The notes under the pieces are model-generated. The model searched no databases, was not told the DNA's origin, and was given only the letters and a program-made list of their open reading frames with translations. DNA of 58,212 bases from IMG/VR virus record IMGVR_UViG_3300030103_003525, positions 1 to 58,212 of that record; one strand, written 5' to 3'. Positions 27,655 through 36,884 of the stretch are shown here, piece by piece (the stretch's first letter is position 1; each line of letters starts with the position of its first letter). The position numbers and the translations under genes are program-made. Origin of the DNA: a virus. Its lineage: Duplodnaviria; Caudoviricetes.

Positions 27655-28131
27655 ATGAAACATACTCCACACTTATTTACAATGCCATTACTTTTAGAAG
27701 CAAAAGAAGCTTTTTTTGGCCCGAATGCAAGAATATCAAGGCATAGAAGAAACGTACTTATGCGTATGGCTTTTTCAAATGCCTTTCTTCCAAGAGCTAC
27801 AAAAACTAATATTGCTTCTGTTCTTAATAAAAACCACGCTACGATTGTTCACTATGCTAAAGGACACGAATGGCATTTAAAGTATTACCCTGAATATACA
27901 GACTTATACAATCTAGCAAAAGAAATATTTAGAAGATACGACATTCCTAAAATCTCTGAAAAAGAATTTAATGGTATAGACAATACTGCTTTATTAAATC
28001 AACTTGTTGAATTAAAAGATAAATTACATAAAAAAGATGTAGTTATAAAAAAGCAAGAAAAAGAGCTAAATACACTTAGGGTATATTATAGAAATGCTGA
28101 ACAGGCCAGAAAACTATTTCCTAGTATTTGA
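27655..28131 (+). CDS. DnaA C-terminal-like HTH DNA-binding protein
   Basis: IASVLNKNHATIVHY resembles the DnaA domain IV signature (RDHTTV.H); coiled-coil C-terminus. Confidence 0.65.
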   Translation: MKHTPHLFTMPLLLEAKEAFFGPNARISRHRRNVLMRMAFSNAFLPRATKTNIASVLNKNHATIVHYAKGHEWHLKYYPEYTDLYNLAKEIFRRYDIPKISEKEFNGIDNTALLNQLVELKDKLHKKDVVIKKQEKELNTLRVYYRNAEQARKLFPSI

Positions 28132-28197
28132 TTTATTAGGACACTCGCCATTCTTACATTTACATTCTACGGGACGAAGAGAACACCAACCCTTCAT
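28114..28197 (-). CDS. Cys-rich micropeptide, 27 aa
   Basis: MKGWCSLRPVECKCKNGECPNKSNTRK; TAATG-coupled to the upstream ORF. Confidence 0.45.
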   Translation of the reverse strand: MKGWCSLRPVECKCKNGECPNKSNTRK

Positions 28198-28328
28198 TAC
28201 GAACCACAAGCTTCGCAGTCATCTGGACTATCTACGCTACAGCTTGGTTGGTTCTTTTGTTCTAGGTCTATTAGCCAATTATCAAATTGATTTTCTGTCT
28301 TGTATTCTTTGTTATTTTCCTTGTCCAC
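28197..28328 (-). CDS. 43-aa peptide with an RNR C-terminal-tail-like CxxC end
   Basis: GTG start; MDKENNKEYKTENQFDNWLIDLEQKNQPSCSVDSPDDCEACGS. Confidence 0.65.
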   Translation of the reverse strand: MDKENNKEYKTENQFDNWLIDLEQKNQPSCSVDSPDDCEACGS

Positions 28329-28449
28329 GATATTTTTTTTTATAGAGTTTTGATGTTTTTAGATTACTTGATTTAGATTTAGCAACCACACCGGGTCGCC
28401 TCACCTTCGCCTTTTTCTTAAAAAAGGTTTGAACTTGAAGTCTAGCCAT
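28312..28449 (-). CDS. Highly basic 45-aa protein ending YKKKYRGQGK
   Basis: MARLQVQTFFKKKAKVRRPGVVAKSKSSNLKTSKLYKKKYRGQGK; starts 3 nt after the upstream stop. Confidence 0.7.
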   Translation of the reverse strand: MARLQVQTFFKKKAKVRRPGVVAKSKSSNLKTSKLYKKKYRGQGK

Positions 28450-28452
28450 TAT

Positions 28453-28899
28453 TTAAAACTTAATTGATTTCCTAACTGTTAGTACGCCAATAGCTACTAG
28501 TAGTATACTGATGAATCCCCAAAAGGTATATCGCTGAACTCGCTGAAGTCTAGACTCCTTAAACACGAGTTTAGGAACAACAACGCTAACAGTGCGTACG
28601 ACAGTATCAGCATCACAACCGCCATCGATTATAAGGGTGTCGAAGCTCCGCATAATTTTGACTCGGAAGTTGTTCTTTACTATCTCCACGGTATCCGTGT
28701 TTGAGATGGTGACCGTATCCAATACAGCAGTCGGCTCTGTCACAACCGTGTCCGTGACAGTTATCGTCTTCTGTTGGAGGATCGATGGATCTAGTTTTAC
28801 TGCTCTTTGCAGATGCCAATTTGCTCCGCAACTGGGAAACAAAATTGTAGCAAAAAACAACGTAACGCATAGTAAGTATCTGTTAATTTTTAGGGTCAT
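28453..28899 (-). CDS. Lipoprotein with C-terminal TM helix; candidate unimolecular spanin
   Basis: Signal peptide with lipobox-like FPSC, beta-rich middle and C-terminal FWGFISILLVAIGVLTV. Confidence 0.55.
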   Translation of the reverse strand: MTLKINRYLLCVTLFFATILFPSCGANWHLQRAVKLDPSILQQKTITVTDTVVTEPTAVLDTVTISNTDTVEIVKNNFRVKIMRSFDTLIIDGGCDADTVVRTVSVVVPKLVFKESRLQRVQRYTFWGFISILLVAIGVLTVRKSIKF

Positions 28900-28977
28900 A
28901 TTTATATAAAAAAGTAAGCACTTTAGTCGGGTAAAGTTACGTTTTATTATGTATAAATTTTTACCTTTTTTACAGCT

Positions 28978-31900
28978 TTAAGACCCTTCTCTTTCCCTTC
29001 TCATTTTCTCATAAAAATCATTCATAGTCTTACTGCTTTTGCCTGATCCTCTCTTTTTTGGCCCTTCAATTTGATAATTAGAATAATTAAGAAGTCTTAG
29101 TATTATCGTGCCAACGTCAGACTCAGAACCCAATTCTCCGTAATTATCAAAGAACTTAGCAATGGTTGGCATTGGCAGTCCCACTAATGTAGAAAGTTCA
29201 TAGTATGCGTCTCTATAAGCCTTTGCTTTTTTCTCTTCATCTTTTAAGTTGCCAGCTTTAACTAAATCTTTTACAACACCGTTTGCTATCTGAATAAGAC
29301 CGACTGTTTTTGCTTGGCTTCCAGCCCAAGGCTTATCTGTGAAGTAATCACCTACTGTTTGGACAACCTCTCCAATAATAAATAGAGCGTTTAAGTTGCC
29401 TATAACTCCAGCCCTTAGTAAATCTTCATCGTCATCATCTCTCCATCCTCTAAGGATACCGGGTAGCCCCATAGAAACATATTGAAACAACATTGGCATA
29501 AAGGCGTGGTACATAGCAAAAGTTCTTATGTTCTGACCCACAGTCCCCTTATAATCTTTACCGCTTATTGCTCTATAAAGGTTTCTTATCGCTATAATTT
29601 CTTTTCTTAAATATTGTTTTGGAGTAGTGAGGAACATATTCATAGCCCTTGTTAGTGGATCACCTGTTTGTAAATAATCCTTATCCTGTAAGTCTGCTGA
29701 CTGCTGAGTTCTTTTTGTATCCCTCTCAAATTTTTTAATTGCAATCTTAATCGCCTCTTGCTCTGATTTACCCTCTTTTAAAGCTTTGTCTTTATAATAA
29801 GAGTAGTTTGGTAAGCCACCAAGCATAATAGCACCCCTATCACCAATTTTAGTCGTGTACATTGCAAAATTAACAAGCCAATTTTTAGCTGGGCCAGATA
29901 GAAAATCTTTAACTCTTGAATTAGGAAGAAACTCTTTCATTCTTGAGTCAGAATAAGTTTCAATGGCCGTCATAATGCTTTGATTGTTTCTGTCTTTCAT
30001 ATAAACAGAATTCTCTGTAACCTCTTTCCAGACTTTCATCTGTTGTAGTTTGTTTTTAGCTGCATACTTTAGCCAGTTTCTAAAACCAATGTCATTAGCA
30101 TAGGTGAATGTAGAGGTTAGCTGTTTTATTGTAATGACTGGACTTAACGCAAGCCTAGAAATAATAAATGCATTATTCATTCCGTTTATAACCTTTGCCT
30201 TAATCCCTGACTGTTGGCCTCTAGAAGCTATCTTTTGTATCATATCCTTAATAAAGGAGTATATTTCTTTACCGTGTATGTCTTCAATTGAAGATTTTAT
30301 ATACTTATTAGAAAAGAATTTATCTAGATCTCTAACTACTTCACCGTAAGCAGCAAAGTATTCCATATCATTAATGTACGTATTTAAAACGTCCATCTGA
30401 TTCATAGCTTTAATTGCAGACCTGCTGTTTTGACGAACCTTAGTAGCTCCAGCTCCAACAGCTGTTTTATACATATTCCCTTGTCCTAACAAATTAATTA
30501 TGTCAAGATCACTTTCTTGAGTTCCTTCTCTGTATACTGTACCTGCATAAAATTCACTCCACGGCAAATCAGTTCTATAAAGTTTTTTATAAACCCTGTT
30601 GTATTCTTCATATAGCTGAGGATATAAGACATCTACTTGCCAGTCGGCTAACGCTTTTACTTTAGGCTCTAGTTTTGCCTCAAGCTCTTTCATTACCCTG
30701 TCAGCATTTTGTTTATTAAGGTTTTGTTTTCTTTCTTTTTCTTCTGCGCTATCATTAGAGTTTATAACTTCAACACCCCACATTTCTGCATTTGCAAAAG
30801 AAGGTCTCAGTGCCGGGTCTTTATACATATTGTAGAAATAAGCTATTTCATCTTGACTAAGAGGCTCTAACATAACACCTTCTTGCAACTCAATACCTTG
30901 ATCTACTTGCTTTCTATTTAGTCTAGATACTTTTTTCCAATTTTTACCATAATTATCATAAAGAAATCCTGCGATCTGAGACTCAATTTCCATCATCCTC
31001 ATCTTAAATCTGATAGAAGCTTCATCTACTTTATCGGTAAACATTTCATTTAGTCTACCACCAAACATTTCACCGGGAAGTTTATCGATTCTTTCCATTA
31101 AACCATCCATCGCTTCAGATGATCCAAAAACAAAATTGTCAAACCTGCTAAATAAACCAGAGAAGAAACGCCTTACAACGTTTTGAGTCATTCTCCTTCT
31201 TTTCTCATCACCTTTTCTTTGTTTTCTTTTCTTGTTTAGTTCATTCTTAACATTTGGATCTGACATATCTATGTATTCACCAGTAATAGCCTCATTTCCT
31301 GCCTCAAGTTGTGCAAGATATGACTGATGGCTTTCAAGCAACTCTTGTTGTAGTAAAGACTTACCAAACGTAATCATCTCTCCAAGTGTAGAATAAATAG
31401 CGTCTAGTTCTGAAACTTTTTTAGGGTTATCGTTTTCTATCTGAATAGAATTATTGTACTTCATTGCTAACTCAAGGTCAACCATCTCTTCTCTCTGCTC
31501 AACTGTTTGTTCAATCTCTTGAGATAATTCGTTTATTCTTTTAAGAAGTGACTCATTGAACTGACCTATTTCTTCTGGAGTTGCTTTAGATCCAAGTAAA
31601 TTTGATTTTATTCTATCTATTCTTTTTCTAACAGCATCACTTATTTTCTTTGGCTTTAATCGTCCGTTTTCAACTACTTGATAAGTGCCATTTAAAACAC
31701 CATCTATATTTCTCTTTAGTGCTTTAATGTTTGTCTTAATCACAAAGGAAGTTACCTCATCTAATATGTTATTAATGTTTCCTTCAGTTGCTGCATTTAC
31801 TTTATCAATTAACTGAATTACATTTCCTTTAGTGTATATTTCTTTAGGTAAAGCTTTACGAATAAAATTTCTTACTTCTGTCTTAATCTTTTGTAAACTC

Positions 31901-34900
31901 CTTGCTCCCTTTGTTCTTTCACGAAGAGCTAATCTAGCTTGAGAAATTTTACTAGTTAAGTTTTGAGAAGGTCGAATTCCTACAGAGCTTTGCATATCAC
32001 TAAGCATTCTTGCTTGTTGTGTAGATATAGCTTTAGTTTTTGCATCAGCTGCATTTTTATATTCAGGTTGTTTTTCTAAAAACTCTACAGTCTTGTCAAG
32101 TATTTCTTGCTCAGTAAGAATAGGAGGCTTTGAATCATTAATCTCAGTTTGCTTTTGAGCATAATCTTGAATTTCTTTTTCAATTTTTGCTTTAAGTTTA
32201 ATGACCTCTTCGCTCATCTCAACAAACTCTACACCTTCTTCTTTTTTTATTTGTTCAATGTACTTTTTGTTATTTTTAAGCTCTTCTTGCTTTTTCTTTC
32301 TAAACTTGCTTATCTTTTTCTTAAGCTCAGTGGGTGTTAATTGATCTCTTTTTGCGTTTTCTTGAATAAGTTTTTCTCTAAAAGCTCTTATTCTGTTAAA
32401 CAATTTTAATCCTGCTTGCGCTCCACCATCTATATCACCAAAACTTTTTGGCATTGAGTCAAATACATCTATATTAATTGACATCAAGCTGTTTACAAGC
32501 TTTGCAGGAAATTTCTGTACCCTTACTAGGTAGTCTTTTATTACAGCGTCTCTGAAGTTGTTACGCCTAGCTTCCAAAATGTAAGACTCAATATTTTTTT
32601 GTTCTCTTCCTGTTATTTTTTGTTGACGAGCTTGCTGAGCTTTTGTTACAACAACTCCAGCCTTGCCAAATGTGTTATTTTTAGTCACAACAGCTCCAGT
32701 TCCTAGTAACTCTTGAACATAATCTACAAGCTCGTTACCATCAAAACCTTTTTGATATACATCTATAACTTTTCCTTTTTGTTTTCTTTTAACAATATAA
32801 CTTTTTTCTTCTGGCCCTTTTTCAAAGTTTTTAGTATTGCTTATGTCTCCTTTAAATCCTCTTGAGCTTATTATTGCTGTTCCCCCTTCGTTAAGTTTAG
32901 AAAAAATATCTTGAACTATAAAATCTCTGACATCTTTAGGAACTACATTCACTACATTGAGAGACACTACAGCATCATACTTTTTATTTATTTCTTTAGC
33001 ACTAGTGTAAGTGGGACTTGCTTTACCTTCCCATCTTTCAGTATTGAGTTCAAAAGAATCAACCTTACGCCCTAATCGTTTTGACATAACGTCTGTTCCA
33101 AGCCCAAGACCTGCCCCATAATCTAAGACATCTCCTTCAATATCAAATCCATTTATTATGTTGGCTGCTGTTGCGTAACTACCTCCAGTGGTTGCTACTT
33201 GCGTAGTGCCAGAAGCTTTAGATAAACCATCGTCTATTTTTTGTTGTCTAGCTTTAAAAGATATAGTAGGGTCTCCAGATAAATCAATTTCTTTAGGGAT
33301 TTTTGCTTCATATTGGCCGCCCATAGCTGAACGAGAAGCAGTTGTCTTGGATCTCTTTCCTATAGGTGTTTGATTTGCTTTTGGAGATTCAGGTTTAGAT
33401 TTTGGAAATACTTTTCTTACATCAACCGCATTATTAAATATCATTATTGGCTCACCTTGTAATACAAATGGGTATGAAGGATGAAAATTAGGATCACCTT
33501 CTCTTATCTCTAATATTTCAGCGTTCTTTTTAAATTGTATAGCAGAAACAATATCTCCATATCCTACTTTAGTTAGTGATGGATCGTTTACATAATCTAA
33601 TACACCCACATCACTTTTTGAAGTTTTATTAAGTGGTGGTATACCAAATTTTTTTAATGATTCTGCACTAAAAAATTGAGAAACAAAACTACCTCTCTGC
33701 TCATAGCTAAACCTATTACTACCTTCAGCTTGAGGCATTAATGTATTTTCAAATGGCATCAATGTATTTAATTGTTCTAGACTTGTAATTTCTGTAGGCA
33801 GACCAAGAGATTTTAACTTAGCTGCTTGTTTACCTACTTTTAATTTTGAATTTACATAAGATAGTAGCTCTTTTGGGTTTGCCCCTTTGTTAATTGCGTG
33901 AGTAATTTCGGCATTTAAGTATTGAAACATTCTAAAGCTCCCTGTAATTCCTTTATTGTCTTGCGACATCACTAATCCAACACCATCAGTATTGTCTATT
34001 TTGTTTTTTAACTTAGTAGCACTTTCCATATTAGTGGCTGCCCATCCAAGACCACTATTGTTGCCGTATGGATATAAAAATCCTCCAAAAAAATTAAATT
34101 TTAATCCAGTAGGGCTTTCTATCTCTCCATAAGTCGCCTTGTCACCAGCAAAAACAAATGCGTCTGCTCCAGATATATCATTTATTGAACCACGCTTTAT
34201 GGCACTAATGTCTATACCACCTCTATTGATTTGATATTTTTGTTGTCTTACCTCTAAGTCAATTGAAGGGCCGTCATCCTCTACATTTTCAGGAATAACT
34301 CCTTCAGCTCCTTCCACAACCTCTCCTTGTTCTAAAGATTGAATATCTGATTCTTCAATAACCTCACCCTTTTTGGTTTTTCTTGATATTACATTTAACA
34401 GATCTATAACATCAGCATCTTCTTTGCCAAAATCAACACCTATATCTATACCAAACTTCCTAGCTATACTCTTTAAAAATTCAACTATTACATTTTTAGA
34501 TGGTTTATCTAACTGTCTATATTCAGAAGAAAGAATTCCAACTAATTCAGCCAATCTCTCTTCGTTTTGGAATTGCCCTTCGTACTGTTTAGCAAACGCT
34601 TCAATACGCTTACTTAACTCGCTGTTTTTAGGAAGTGCCTTTTGAACAGATAAAACCATTCTTTCCGCTGCTTTTGCTATAGCCGGGTCAGTCTTGACCT
34701 TTTCCATTAAAACTGCGTGAAATATTTCGTGAGGAACAGTAGTGTTTGTAGCCTTAGAAAGATTAATATGAATAGTTGTGTTTTCAGGATTATATTCTGC
34801 ACGACCTTCACCAAGTTTAGCGTATTTTAAATATTGATCGTTTGTCTTATGCAATACAATCTTAACGTTAGGCAAAATTTTAGATATCGCCTTTGCTCCT

Positions 34901-36870
34901 AATTGGGCAATACTTTCCACACTACTTTTTAATGTAGACTCATCTTGTTCAACAGCACCTGTTTTGTTTATAGCAAGATTTTGTGACTTTACTTCTGTAC
35001 TTTCATTTGCTTCATCAAAGAATGAATCAATATCTCTTTGCTCTTCAGCTGTAACAGTAGATAGTTCTTGTTCAGATATTTCATCTAAGGCATCATCTTC
35101 TTTAGTCTCTACTTTTTCTTTTAATATTTCCTCTTGCTTTGTTGTTTCTTCAGTTTTAGCTTCAGCTGTTTCTTCTAACTCTAACGCATCTATTTTTTTC
35201 TGTATTTCAGAAATTACATTTTCTTGTTCTTTCTTACCAATTTCAGTTGACATTTTAGAATAATCTCTTCTTGCCTTACGTAGACTATTTTGAAGATCTA
35301 TTTTTGTAGCCTTCTGCTCTTCAGACATTTTATTAGCTGATTCATCAACCTTCTTTAATATATTATCTAAAGCTTTTTGAACTTCATTTCTTTTATTAGA
35401 AATTAAATCTTTTTCTTCTTTTGAAACTTCAGGGTTGTTTATTACCTCATCATATTGTTTTAAGGCTTCCTCAAATGCTTTTATTTTCTTTCTTTCTTCA
35501 GGACTTTTAATAGATGAAAATCCTCTAGAAATTAAGAAAGCTCCTCCACCCATTAGTGAACCAATAACTCCACCTTCAACAATCTCTATTGGGTCAATCT
35601 CATCATCAGCAATAAATTTACCTAACAAGCCTTGCGTAGAATTAGCAAGAACCTCTTCAAAACCTTCTTCGGTAACAGCTCTAGCTCCTTTTGGCAACCA
35701 ACCAAACATCAAGTCACCTAATTCTTTTGAAGTTAAATCTTTTATACCTTGCTTTTTAAATGTTTTTCTTAAGAGATTTACATCACCTAAAAACAATTTT
35801 TCTGTTAAGTATTCGATTCCTCCAACACCTAGAGAATATATCATTTTATCTGCTTGGCTTAGGTCATCTCTGTCTTGAACAGCTGCATACTGGCTACCAG
35901 CAGCGGAAGCTCCAAGAGTTGCGAGACCGTATGGCCCAAGCATTGCTGCTGTAAACAGCTGAGGAGTTTGTTGAATAAGTGTAGATCCTAGTTGAGCAAA
36001 ACCAGCCTTAATATTTCCATCTTGAAAATTTTCAATAAAGCCTTGAGATAGCTCTTCATCTGAAAGTCCATATGTTATTAAGGCATCTTCAGCTCTTTTC
36101 CCAGAGTCATCTAATAAAAGATCTCCAAGCTCTCCTGTTTTAGCCCCTAGAGCCTCAGCAAACTTTAAAACACCACCAATAATAGCCTCTCCTCCTGAAG
36201 TTAATTCACTAATAACTGGAACAGTATATCTCTCCTTGCCTCTTCTTTCTTTTCTTTTTTCTTCTTCCTTAAGGGTTTCTTTAATAAAAGAAATAGTTCC
36301 CTTTTTTAAAATAGGCATAATGCCTTCTTTAATTGCTCCTGACTCATCAAGTAAATCTAAAGGCAGCGACTGAGCTATAGGGTCTTTGGATAAAGATTTA
36401 TATACACGATAATTATCTTCAAGAATTGTATTTTTAAACCCAAATCGTCTAGCCATATTTGGATCTTTAACAGCCTCTTCAATATTTCCTTTAGAAAGAG
36501 CAATGCCAGTGTATAATTCAGCAGCAGCTGAGTTTGCTATTTCCTCTTGCTGTCTATCGTAAAACTCAGGGGAAGTTCCTTTAGGAACATATTCGCTACT
36601 TAAAGACTCCGATACAGAAGGTCGTGCTTGAGATAGAAAATCTGATTCCGTAGAACTGGATAGACTTTTTTTTTTAAGACCTTCGTCAAAGCCAACTAAG
36701 GCTTTAAAATCATCAATTTCTTTTTTATAACCTTCGCTTTTAGCAACAGAATACATATTACTTAAAGCTTTCTCATCAGAACTAATTAAAGTCTTGAACT
36801 CCTCAATAGATTTAGCATAGCCTTCTCCTTTTGCTAAAGAATATAATTGTTGTATCGCCTCTTCGTTCAT
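28978..36870 (-). CDS. Giant virion ejection/polyvalent protein with zincin and SAM-methyltransferase modules
   Basis: 2630 aa; HEIFH at 34717-34731 followed by EERLAE; VLDYGAGLG..YDAVVSLNVVNVV; last of three internal-protein genes. Confidence 0.75.
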   Translation of the reverse strand: MNEEAIQQLYSLAKGEGYAKSIEEFKTLISSDEKALSNMYSVAKSEGYKKEIDDFKALVGFDEGLKKKSLSSSTESDFLSQARPSVSESLSSEYVPKGTSPEFYDRQQEEIANSAAAELYTGIALSKGNIEEAVKDPNMARRFGFKNTILEDNYRVYKSLSKDPIAQSLPLDLLDESGAIKEGIMPILKKGTISFIKETLKEEEKRKERRGKERYTVPVISELTSGGEAIIGGVLKFAEALGAKTGELGDLLLDDSGKRAEDALITYGLSDEELSQGFIENFQDGNIKAGFAQLGSTLIQQTPQLFTAAMLGPYGLATLGASAAGSQYAAVQDRDDLSQADKMIYSLGVGGIEYLTEKLFLGDVNLLRKTFKKQGIKDLTSKELGDLMFGWLPKGARAVTEEGFEEVLANSTQGLLGKFIADDEIDPIEIVEGGVIGSLMGGGAFLISRGFSSIKSPEERKKIKAFEEALKQYDEVINNPEVSKEEKDLISNKRNEVQKALDNILKKVDESANKMSEEQKATKIDLQNSLRKARRDYSKMSTEIGKKEQENVISEIQKKIDALELEETAEAKTEETTKQEEILKEKVETKEDDALDEISEQELSTVTAEEQRDIDSFFDEANESTEVKSQNLAINKTGAVEQDESTLKSSVESIAQLGAKAISKILPNVKIVLHKTNDQYLKYAKLGEGRAEYNPENTTIHINLSKATNTTVPHEIFHAVLMEKVKTDPAIAKAAERMVLSVQKALPKNSELSKRIEAFAKQYEGQFQNEERLAELVGILSSEYRQLDKPSKNVIVEFLKSIARKFGIDIGVDFGKEDADVIDLLNVISRKTKKGEVIEESDIQSLEQGEVVEGAEGVIPENVEDDGPSIDLEVRQQKYQINRGGIDISAIKRGSINDISGADAFVFAGDKATYGEIESPTGLKFNFFGGFLYPYGNNSGLGWAATNMESATKLKNKIDNTDGVGLVMSQDNKGITGSFRMFQYLNAEITHAINKGANPKELLSYVNSKLKVGKQAAKLKSLGLPTEITSLEQLNTLMPFENTLMPQAEGSNRFSYEQRGSFVSQFFSAESLKKFGIPPLNKTSKSDVGVLDYVNDPSLTKVGYGDIVSAIQFKKNAEILEIREGDPNFHPSYPFVLQGEPIMIFNNAVDVRKVFPKSKPESPKANQTPIGKRSKTTASRSAMGGQYEAKIPKEIDLSGDPTISFKARQQKIDDGLSKASGTTQVATTGGSYATAANIINGFDIEGDVLDYGAGLGLGTDVMSKRLGRKVDSFELNTERWEGKASPTYTSAKEINKKYDAVVSLNVVNVVPKDVRDFIVQDIFSKLNEGGTAIISSRGFKGDISNTKNFEKGPEEKSYIVKRKQKGKVIDVYQKGFDGNELVDYVQELLGTGAVVTKNNTFGKAGVVVTKAQQARQQKITGREQKNIESYILEARRNNFRDAVIKDYLVRVQKFPAKLVNSLMSINIDVFDSMPKSFGDIDGGAQAGLKLFNRIRAFREKLIQENAKRDQLTPTELKKKISKFRKKKQEELKNNKKYIEQIKKEEGVEFVEMSEEVIKLKAKIEKEIQDYAQKQTEINDSKPPILTEQEILDKTVEFLEKQPEYKNAADAKTKAISTQQARMLSDMQSSVGIRPSQNLTSKISQARLALRERTKGARSLQKIKTEVRNFIRKALPKEIYTKGNVIQLIDKVNAATEGNINNILDEVTSFVIKTNIKALKRNIDGVLNGTYQVVENGRLKPKKISDAVRKRIDRIKSNLLGSKATPEEIGQFNESLLKRINELSQEIEQTVEQREEMVDLELAMKYNNSIQIENDNPKKVSELDAIYSTLGEMITFGKSLLQQELLESHQSYLAQLEAGNEAITGEYIDMSDPNVKNELNKKRKQRKGDEKRRRMTQNVVRRFFSGLFSRFDNFVFGSSEAMDGLMERIDKLPGEMFGGRLNEMFTDKVDEASIRFKMRMMEIESQIAGFLYDNYGKNWKKVSRLNRKQVDQGIELQEGVMLEPLSQDEIAYFYNMYKDPALRPSFANAEMWGVEVINSNDSAEEKERKQNLNKQNADRVMKELEAKLEPKVKALADWQVDVLYPQLYEEYNRVYKKLYRTDLPWSEFYAGTVYREGTQESDLDIINLLGQGNMYKTAVGAGATKVRQNSRSAIKAMNQMDVLNTYINDMEYFAAYGEVVRDLDKFFSNKYIKSSIEDIHGKEIYSFIKDMIQKIASRGQQSGIKAKVINGMNNAFIISRLALSPVITIKQLTSTFTYANDIGFRNWLKYAAKNKLQQMKVWKEVTENSVYMKDRNNQSIMTAIETYSDSRMKEFLPNSRVKDFLSGPAKNWLVNFAMYTTKIGDRGAIMLGGLPNYSYYKDKALKEGKSEQEAIKIAIKKFERDTKRTQQSADLQDKDYLQTGDPLTRAMNMFLTTPKQYLRKEIIAIRNLYRAISGKDYKGTVGQNIRTFAMYHAFMPMLFQYVSMGLPGILRGWRDDDDEDLLRAGVIGNLNALFIIGEVVQTVGDYFTDKPWAGSQAKTVGLIQIANGVVKDLVKAGNLKDEEKKAKAYRDAYYELSTLVGLPMPTIAKFFDNYGELGSESDVGTIILRLLNYSNYQIEGPKKRGSGKSSKTMNDFYEKMRREREGS

Positions 36871-36884
36871 TTGTCTTTTATTAG

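Noticed and set aside
28094-28345. 83-aa plus-strand ORF
   Set aside because: Antisense to three coupled minus-strand micro-ORFs that have more convincing features.
28978-36870. Virion RNA polymerase, as in crAss-like phages
   Set aside because: No DxDxD-type catalytic motif in a plausible context was seen, and host-type promoters precede the genes.
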